Assembly: GCA_016861265.1 (NCBI GenBank)
Contig: BOLA01000002.1
Span: forward strand, 1-41,420
DNA from: Patescibacteria group bacterium
Lineage (GTDB): Bacteria > Patescibacteriota > Dojkabacteria > J137
Direction of reading: 5' to 3'
Length of the DNA stretch: 41,420 nt
The notes under the pieces were generated by a model. The model saw only the letters and a list, made by a program, of their open reading frames with translations. It searched no databases and was not told the DNA's origin. Positions 18,914-25,094 of this stretch are shown piece by piece. Within the stretch, counting starts at the first letter, position 1. The number at the start of each line of letters is the position of its first letter. The translations under genes were made by a program, and so were the position numbers.

Positions 18914-18945
18914 AATCCCTCACTGATATAAATCAATAAGGGATT
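18914..18945 (-). terminator. Intrinsic terminator after the oxidase subunit I gene; its core also matches an Fnr/Dnr box (TTGAT-TTAT-ATCAG)
   Basis: Minus strand aatcccttattgat-ttat-atcagtgagggatt forms a 14-bp stem (with G-U pairs) followed by TTATTTT. Confidence 0.6.
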
Positions 18946-18970
18946 CAAATAAGAGGGAAATACTATGATT

Positions 18971-20593
18971 TTATTTTTCCGCGGGCAGCAAATCTTTAGT
19001 ATTTAATTTTGAAGGCATAAAAATCCCAATCACACCTTTTAAACCTACACTCATAACGATATTATAAAAGAATGCAATGAACGCTAATAATAACAGTAAA
19101 CCGCAAAGGCCCGCTAATATCATATAAAAACTATACTCACCATCAAAATAAATTGTACGTCTTAACATTCCTTTTAATCCAGCCATACCCATAAATGCAC
19201 CCATTCCAATTCCGCCTAATAAATGTGCCCAGAAATGGAAGTTGGCTAACTTTTGACTATATAATTTTGCATTATTAGTTACTATAGGAAATAAAAAGTA
19301 AATAGCTGAATAAAGTGTCATTGTTAATCCAACTAATATTGCTACGTGTACGTGCGGGCCAACAATCCATTGAGTGTTATGTAAAATTCTATTCAATCCT
19401 AAATCTGCCTGCATTATTCCAGCCGGTACAGCAAGCGCAAATCCCAACAATCCTCCTAATAAAAACTTTAATGGATTTGTCATCTTTAATGGTCTTGCAC
19501 TCCACAGAGTAATTAATGTAATAAAGAATGCAAGTCCTTGCGTGATAAGCTCAAAAGCTGTTACCATTTCACCAGATAGTATCTTTAAAATTCCTGGCTG
19601 AGCCTGATCTGACATTAAATGATGTGACCAAACCGTCCAGCTAACAACCATCTCAACAAACAAAGCTGCACGAGCCCAGTTTTCCATAAAAAGTTTTTTT
19701 CCGGTAATTAATGTTGCAAGTAAATACCAGGTGCCAGCAACAAAAATTAAAACCAATCCATCAGCAATTAAATCTAAACCCCACCAGAACCAATTTTTAT
19801 AAAGCAATGCATCTATTGAAGAATGTTTTAAACTTGATCCAAGAAGTTCTGCAATCATATAAACTAAAATTAAAACACCTGTAAAAAGTATTATACCTGC
19901 ATTTAAAGCAGTATCAACAGTACCTCTTGCGATTGCAGCAACCGGTAATGAGACCATATGTTCTTTTTTATTTTTTCTAAAAAGATTTTTTAAGCCGCTT
20001 AAACCTAATGCTGAAGCTATTAATCCTTTTCCATCCTGTTTCTCCCAACCTTCCGGTGTGTAAGCAATTGTTCTAAAAATATTAAGGACAAAGAAAACAG
20101 TACCAACCATTATTAAAGCAATACCAAGAATAAAAAATGTACCACCCCAAACGCTAAATTGAGTAAAGTCTGCAGGTAATGGCCAGTACAATGTATAAAG
20201 TGGTGCATAGTGAGTTAAAAATCCTGCAAACCAAAAAGTAAATGTTCCAACTGCAATCAAGCCGCAAGTCCAGTTAGCAAGTTTAATACTCCATAAAGGT
20301 TTGCTCATTAGAAATGGTACAAGAAATAAAAATGCACCAAAAACTATTGAGTAAGTCGAACCAAAAATTCCGACAAGCGGATGTGCAGTAAGCATACCAA
20401 AATATTGGTCAGGTGGTATAGCTGCAATTGGTGTTACCTGGTAAACTCTCATAAGCATTCCTTCAACAAGAGCAAATAAGTAGTAAACCAATCCAACAAC
20501 AACAAACCTTAAAATCATTTTTTGCATTGGAGTAAGTGAATTGGGTTTGAATAAACCTTCTTCTCCATCCATAAAAGTTTGTATAAAATTCAT
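18971..20593 (-). CDS. Heme-copper oxidase superfamily subunit I, B-family-derived, probably gNOR-type nitric oxide reductase
   Basis: Heme ligands LTAHPLVG and HNTQWIVGPHVH; metal ligands WSHH; helix VI reads FWWGLDLIAD where ba3 oxidases have FWWTGHPIVY. Confidence 0.75.
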   Translation of the reverse strand: MNFIQTFMDGEEGLFKPNSLTPMQKMILRFVVVGLVYYLFALVEGMLMRVYQVTPIAAIPPDQYFGMLTAHPLVGIFGSTYSIVFGAFLFLVPFLMSKPLWSIKLANWTCGLIAVGTFTFWFAGFLTHYAPLYTLYWPLPADFTQFSVWGGTFFILGIALIMVGTVFFVLNIFRTIAYTPEGWEKQDGKGLIASALGLSGLKNLFRKNKKEHMVSLPVAAIARGTVDTALNAGIILFTGVLILVYMIAELLGSSLKHSSIDALLYKNWFWWGLDLIADGLVLIFVAGTWYLLATLITGKKLFMENWARAALFVEMVVSWTVWSHHLMSDQAQPGILKILSGEMVTAFELITQGLAFFITLITLWSARPLKMTNPLKFLLGGLLGFALAVPAGIMQADLGLNRILHNTQWIVGPHVHVAILVGLTMTLYSAIYFLFPIVTNNAKLYSQKLANFHFWAHLLGGIGMGAFMGMAGLKGMLRRTIYFDGEYSFYMILAGLCGLLLLLAFIAFFYNIVMSVGLKGVIGIFMPSKLNTKDLLPAEK

Positions 20594-20635
20594 TTGATAA
20601 TCTCTTCTTTTATTAAAAATTTATTTTTGTTTTTT

Positions 20636-21184
20636 TCAATCGATCACTTCAACGACATTTTTTTCAATCATACCAATACCTTTTGGGCCTGAGTACTCAG
20701 TTGATCTGATTGTATAAACGCCGGGTCTATCAAAATGCCAGAGTATATCGTTGTTATGTCCGGGTAAAACCTGCATCTGGAACATCATCGTATTATCCTC
20801 ACGGAATAATCCAAATCCATATGTTAAATCTTCTGAAGTAACATTAAACATTACTTTATCGTTAGTGTTTATAATCATTTTTTCGGAAGGTAAAATAAAT
20901 TTATGATTTGCCACGCTGATATTAAATGTTTTATCAGGGATAATTTCTGCACGGTTCAAATCCAGTGGCTTCCACGGGATTGTTTCGTGTGTAACTATGT
21001 GAAGCGAAACCCCAAGAAGAACGAGAAAGCCTACAAGGGAATAAAATAGCGCAGGTTTAATTTCTCTAGACCCTTCGCTTTTTGTAACATTATAAGCAAA
21101 CCAACCCATAAGCAGCATAATTGCCAGCACATAAAATGTGTACGCAAATGTTTGACCAAAAAGAACTGTATTTGAATCAACCAT
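20636..21184 (-). CDS. Heme-copper oxidase subunit II-like (2 TM + cupredoxin) lacking CuA ligands
   Basis: EDLTYGF (His absent) and STEYSGPKGIGM in place of C-x-E-x-C-G-x2-H-x2-M; directly upstream of subunit I. Confidence 0.8.
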   Translation of the reverse strand: MVDSNTVLFGQTFAYTFYVLAIMLLMGWFAYNVTKSEGSREIKPALFYSLVGFLVLLGVSLHIVTHETIPWKPLDLNRAEIIPDKTFNISVANHKFILPSEKMIINTNDKVMFNVTSEDLTYGFGLFREDNTMMFQMQVLPGHNNDILWHFDRPGVYTIRSTEYSGPKGIGMIEKNVVEVID

Positions 21185-21207
21185 ACCAGGCTCCTTCTAA
21201 AATAAAT

Positions 21208-21235
21208 TTAAATGCTACCCAAACGTAGTATTTAA
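21208..21235. promoter_or_regulatory. Candidate Rrf2 operator upstream of the oxidase operon
   Basis: ttaaatgctac-ccaaac-gtagtatttaa: 11-bp arms with one mismatch, in the 62-bp gap between Rrf2 and subunit II. Confidence 0.4.
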
Positions 21236-21246
21236 GTTTAAATAAA

Positions 21247-21657
21247 TCAATCCTCTTTAGATTTATTGATTAAATCTGACAAACGCGTTTTACTGAGAAT
21301 ATTTATAAGATCTTTCTGCGATCTGATCCATATATCGTGCATTGAACAAGGATTGTCTAAAGCACATTTATCAAAACCAAAAAAACAGCTTGGCTCTTTC
21401 CGAAATCCTTCAACTGCGTCAATGATTTCCGATATTTTAATTTTGCCCGCCTTTTTTGCAAGCAAAAATCCTCCGCTTCTTCCCTGAATACTTTTTATCA
21501 GTCCACTTTTGGAAAGGTCTGTAAGCAATCTCTGCAAATATTTTTTAGGTATTTTAAGTTTTTTATGTAATTCTAGTGATGAATATAATTTTTTATCATC
21601 ACCAGCCATAAGTGCTAAAACTCTTAGTGCATATTCTGTAGTTTTTGAAAAAGTCAT
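21247..21657 (-). CDS. Rrf2-family Fe-S transcriptional regulator (NsrR/IscR-like)
   Basis: TEYALR, SIQGRSGGFLLAK, C-terminal CFFGFDKCALDNPCSMH cluster ligands. Confidence 0.9.
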   Translation of the reverse strand: MTFSKTTEYALRVLALMAGDDKKLYSSLELHKKLKIPKKYLQRLLTDLSKSGLIKSIQGRSGGFLLAKKAGKIKISEIIDAVEGFRKEPSCFFGFDKCALDNPCSMHDIWIRSQKDLINILSKTRLSDLINKSKED

Positions 21658-21681
21658 ATCGATTAAATTATTAACTTATAC

Positions 21682-22047
21682 TTAAAACGTAAACACTTTG
21701 ACCGCTTCAACAGACCACTGAGCAAGTTCACTCATATTGCTTCTTGTGCAGCCTTCAATGAATTGAAGCGTAGCAACTCCACGTGCGTTGATACATCCGC
21801 CGCAAAGTTTTACCTGACCACCTTTATTGATTATGGCTTTTAACATCCTTTCGACGTTATAATATCCTTGTGGTGTGTTTTGGTTTACAAGCGCACCCGT
21901 AACCGCATCTGCCATTAAGAAAACATTAACCTCAACTTCAGATTGTTCTTTGTGGATTGTCATTGCAAGACGACAAGCGTTATAAAATTTTTCTGTACCG
22001 TAAGGTGCATCGTTTATTAAGAATAGTATTTGCACTGTGGACTCCAT
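21682..22047 (-). CDS. DsrE/YchN-family sulfur relay protein
   Basis: INDAPYGTE, VFLMADAV, TPQGYYNVERML, LCGGCINARG. Confidence 0.85.
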   Translation of the reverse strand: MESTVQILFLINDAPYGTEKFYNACRLAMTIHKEQSEVEVNVFLMADAVTGALVNQNTPQGYYNVERMLKAIINKGGQVKLCGGCINARGVATLQFIEGCTRSNMSELAQWSVEAVKVFTF

Positions 22048-22189
22048 TATTTTTATAGAGAACGAGATTTTTATTATAATAAATATAACAAAAGCTAATT
22101 CAACACTCTTCCATTCTAAAAGAAAATATTTATTTTACAAGAGAGTCTATATATCCGAATGATTAGCAAAAAATGAGAAGAAAAATTAA

Positions 22190-22679
22190 ATGAAAACTAT
22201 CTCGACTGTTACGAGACGCAGACTTGATTTACAAGGGTTTACAGATGTTAACGAAAATTTGCTAAACCAAACTGCAAGCTGGCTCAGGCTTGCATTTGCA
22301 TTGTGTACACTCTTAGCAGGATTGGGGACTATCCTGGCATCTTACACGATATTATATATTTTAGTACCGATAGCTGCACTCGGTGCAATTTTCAACACAC
22401 ATCCATTTGATTTAATTTACAATTATGGGATTAGATACATAACGGGTACACCTGCCTTACCCAAGCGTGGAGCACCGGGCAGATTTGCTTGCGGACTAGG
22501 ATCTGTTTGGCTGATTGTCACTGCTTTAATGTTTCAGATGGGTAATAATACTATAGGATATATTATTCTTGGTGCTTCACTTACTATTGTAGGATTGTTG
22601 GTCAGCACTATTTGATTATTGAATTCCTTCGTTAATTTATAGGAGTATATTCGGGTTCCCGCCTAAGAGAAAGGGTTAA
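22190..22679 (+). pseudogene. DUF4395-like membrane protein with a damaged C-terminus (+1 frameshift near 22611-22613 and TGA at 22620-22622)
   Basis: HPFDLIYNYGIR...GAPGRFACGLG; after the called stop the +1 frame continues DY*IPSLIYRSIFGFPPKRKG, where a Cys is expected at *. Confidence 0.65.
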
Positions 22680-22717
22680 ATCTTAATCCCCCAAATCGAT
22701 TCATTTAGCTTTTTCTT

Positions 22718-23585
22718 CTACAATTTTAGTTTCTTTTTTGATTTTGTTTTTACCATTAATGGCTGAGTGTATTTTTCATAGAGCTCAAAAAGGAATTCTA
22801 TTCTTTTTGTTTCGTTTGGGAAGGGCTGGGGACGGTAGCATAAATCTACCGCTTTGTCTAATTCCTGATGCGCTTTTACTAATGCCGGCGGCATTGTAAG
22901 AGGATCGTATAAATCTGCAAGACTGCTGTTTGGAAATTCTTTCCTTGTATCTAAAACTTTTTGTGCTTTTTCTTCTACAAGTTTTATTTGTTTGTTTGTT
23001 GGATTTTCCGGCCAAAGAAAGTTGTTGTAAACAATATCGTTTGAATATCTAAATCTGCTTTCTAATCTAACCAAACTTGTTTAACCCAAGCCATAAGCAT
23101 TTCAGAAGTCAATACGCCAAAATGGGACTTAGATGTTTTAGAAATTGAAAGACAACTATCTGCAACGATGTAATCCTTACTGAAGTAACCTAGAGGTATA
23201 TACTTTCTATTTTCAGAAGAATGTCTGGGTAACATAATATAATTTGAATTTGGTTGTCTAATTTCTCCAACTAAAGTTGAGTAAAGTGCTAATTTCTTTG
23301 TCGCCATTCTAACACTATCTGCCCTATGATTTTTAACAGCTTCAATACGTTCCATAACTTTAGTGAAACCTTTAAGCGTACCAGGATCAACATCAATTAA
23401 CCACAAACACCATCGATTAGTATTATTAATAAACTCTTTTACTGATAAAAATGGTTTAATAAATTTATTCAATTCCGGATTTATATTAAGGATTTCTTTC
23501 TTTTCATCATCATTTAATAAAAGAGTGCCACCATCATTAGGCATATTGCCAAAATTAATTTCCGGAACATCGCAAATAGTGTTAG
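22718..23585 (-). pseudogene. C-terminal fragment of an MmeI-like type IIL/IIG restriction-modification enzyme, 5'-truncated and frameshifted near 23070
   Basis: NFGNMPNDGG, EIRQP...PRHSSENRKYIPLGY, HFGVLTS, RLESRFRYSNDIVYNNF, SLADLYDPLTMPPALVKAHQELDKAVDLCY; no nuclease or methyltransferase motifs present. Confidence 0.85.
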
Positions 23586-23775
23586 ATCTGTCCGGTCGAA
23601 TAGTTCTTCTGGGATTTCAAATCCATATATAAGCTCAAGCTCGGAAAGAGTAAGGATCCAGTCAATTTCAGTAAGGTTATCGTTAATCAAACCAGAGATA
23701 ATGATCTCTGGTGAATATTTATTTCTTACTTCTGATCTAGAGTCGAGTAGCTAATGTAAAAATATATCTAAGCAT
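23575..23775 (-). pseudogene. 5' part of a small hypothetical gene, frameshifted and joined to the MmeI-like fragment
   Basis: ATG at 23775 overlaps the upstream stop; after a shift it reads SRSEVRNKYSPEIIISGLINDNLTEIDWILTLSELELIYGFEIPEELFDRTDLTL and runs into RM sequence at AGATCTAACACT. Confidence 0.4.
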
Positions 23776-23950
23776 AATCTGGCCCTGGTTTAAATTCTCT
23801 CATTGATGGAGTAGTAAATGTTCTTGCATCATCAAATGGGTTTTTTGGTTTTTTCTGTTGAGCAAGCAGCTTATTAAAAACTACATCCGCTTTTTCTTTA
23901 GATCTATTCTTTTGCTTTTCAAGCATCTGTTTATCGATATTATTTTTCAT
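23768..23950 (-). CDS. Small basic hypothetical protein
   Basis: 60 aa, preceded by a GGAGG Shine-Dalgarno. Confidence 0.55.
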   Translation of the reverse strand: MKNNIDKQMLEKQKNRSKEKADVVFNKLLAQQKKPKNPFDDARTFTTPSMREFKPGPDYA

Positions 23951-23989
23951 TTTAATTCCTCCAAAGGTTTAGTTTAATATTTTAATCAT

Positions 23990-24376
23990 TTATAAATCGC
24001 TTCTGAAATATTTCTCTCTATACCGTCTTAAATGAACTTTGTTAAAAGATAGGTAAATACATATATCTTCTTGAAATTCACGATAATTATATCCAAGTAT
24101 TTTTACAGCAGTTATGAATGAGCCGTTAGAGATGTATTCACCAAAATATTTTTCAACATAAAACTTCAGCTGAAGACTGTTTTTTAAGTTCTTGAAAGAT
24201 TTATTTGGTTTATAAAACTCAACCAACCAAAAGATGCATTTCTGGATTTCATCTGTAGCATTTAGTAAAGTCTCCCTGCCTCTTATATATTCTGGACTGG
24301 AAATATCTCTGTTAATTCCGTCATAAATCACTTCCGGATAATTATCCAGATATTTTATAATTGTTTCTTTTTCCAT
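23990..24376 (-). CDS. Hypothetical protein of phage/primase-associated type
   Basis: GAGGA Shine-Dalgarno; SLQLKFYVEKYFGEYISNGSFITAVKILGY resembles a motif I associate with primase-linked phage proteins (from memory). Confidence 0.55.
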   Translation of the reverse strand: MEKETIIKYLDNYPEVIYDGINRDISSPEYIRGRETLLNATDEIQKCIFWLVEFYKPNKSFKNLKNSLQLKFYVEKYFGEYISNGSFITAVKILGYNYREFQEDICIYLSFNKVHLRRYREKYFRSDL

Positions 24377-24379
24377 CGT

Positions 24380-24679
24380 TTAATCCTCCTCAGGAAATAT
24401 CAGGTGCTTATAATAAGCTGCTGGAACTGTCCCTCTTTGAACCCCAACATAGATAGCTGACTTGAGATTGACTGGTCTTTGCCAGTTGCAGACTTGACTT
24501 AAGTATCTCAGAGTCGAAGCACTAACATATTCCTTGAGAATTTTGCTTAGCTCTTCAGCTCCTTTGTACATACCGTATCTTATCCATACCTGTTTTACTT
24601 CTTCAAGCCCGATTGTGTTTATTAGTTTTTGAGTGCTGGTGTTTTTTCGTTTTCCTATTTGGTTGATATCCCTAGTCAT
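24380..24679 (-). CDS. Small hypothetical protein, possibly DNA-binding
   Basis: Strong GGAGG Shine-Dalgarno; basic N-terminus; helical AEELSKILKEYVSASTLRYLS segment. Confidence 0.55.
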   Translation of the reverse strand: MTRDINQIGKRKNTSTQKLINTIGLEEVKQVWIRYGMYKGAEELSKILKEYVSASTLRYLSQVCNWQRPVNLKSAIYVGVQRGTVPAAYYKHLIFPEED

Positions 24680-24766
24680 AATTCCCTCCTTAATTTGTTG
24701 TACCTACCTCGGTTTAATCATTCTTTTAATGTCTCTTTGTAGTAGACCTGCCTCCTTCGAAGTTCA

Positions 24767-25050
24767 GGTAACTAAAGGTAACCAGAGGTAACCAAATGTT
24801 TTGTTTTTAGTTTAAATTCGCAATAGTTACCCCTGTTACCTGGTTACCCCAATTTTTAAGTTGGTTGGAGAAATAATTAATTATTTTTTTCCATCCCCAG
24901 TTAAAAAAGTTTTTCCTAATTAATTATTTATTTTCTGATATTAGAAAATATAGGTAACCAGGTAACCTACCCCCCTTTCTTTAGTTTTTAGTTTAAATTC
25001 CAACAATCCAGAGGTAACTTTCGGGTAACCTAAAGGTAACCGGGGTAACC
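24767..25050. repeat. Iteron array / candidate replication origin: 12 GGTAAC(C) copies in four clusters around an AT-rich core
   Basis: Forward copies at 24767, 24777, 24787, 24953, 24961, 25013, 25024, 25035, 25044; reverse GTTACC at 24826, 24835, 24843; 17-bp direct repeat GTTTTTAGTTTAAATTC at 24803 and 24984; palindrome AAATAATTAATTATTT at 24871-24886. Confidence 0.8.
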
Positions 25051-25094
25051 AAATTCCAGCACAACCAGGATAGATTGTGCCGGGTAATATGTAA

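Noticed and set aside
18971-20593. Ordinary cbb3- or ba3-type oxygen reductase
   Set aside because: The helix-VI His and cross-link Tyr are both Asp, subunit II has no CuA, and there are no ccoO/ccoP cytochromes
22718-23585. Functional restriction-modification defence system
   Set aside because: Only a frameshifted C-terminal fragment is present, without methyltransferase or nuclease motifs
24767-25050. CRISPR array
   Set aside because: Repeats are 6-7 bp, occur in both orientations with 8-11 bp spacing, have no unique 30-40 bp spacers, and no cas genes are present
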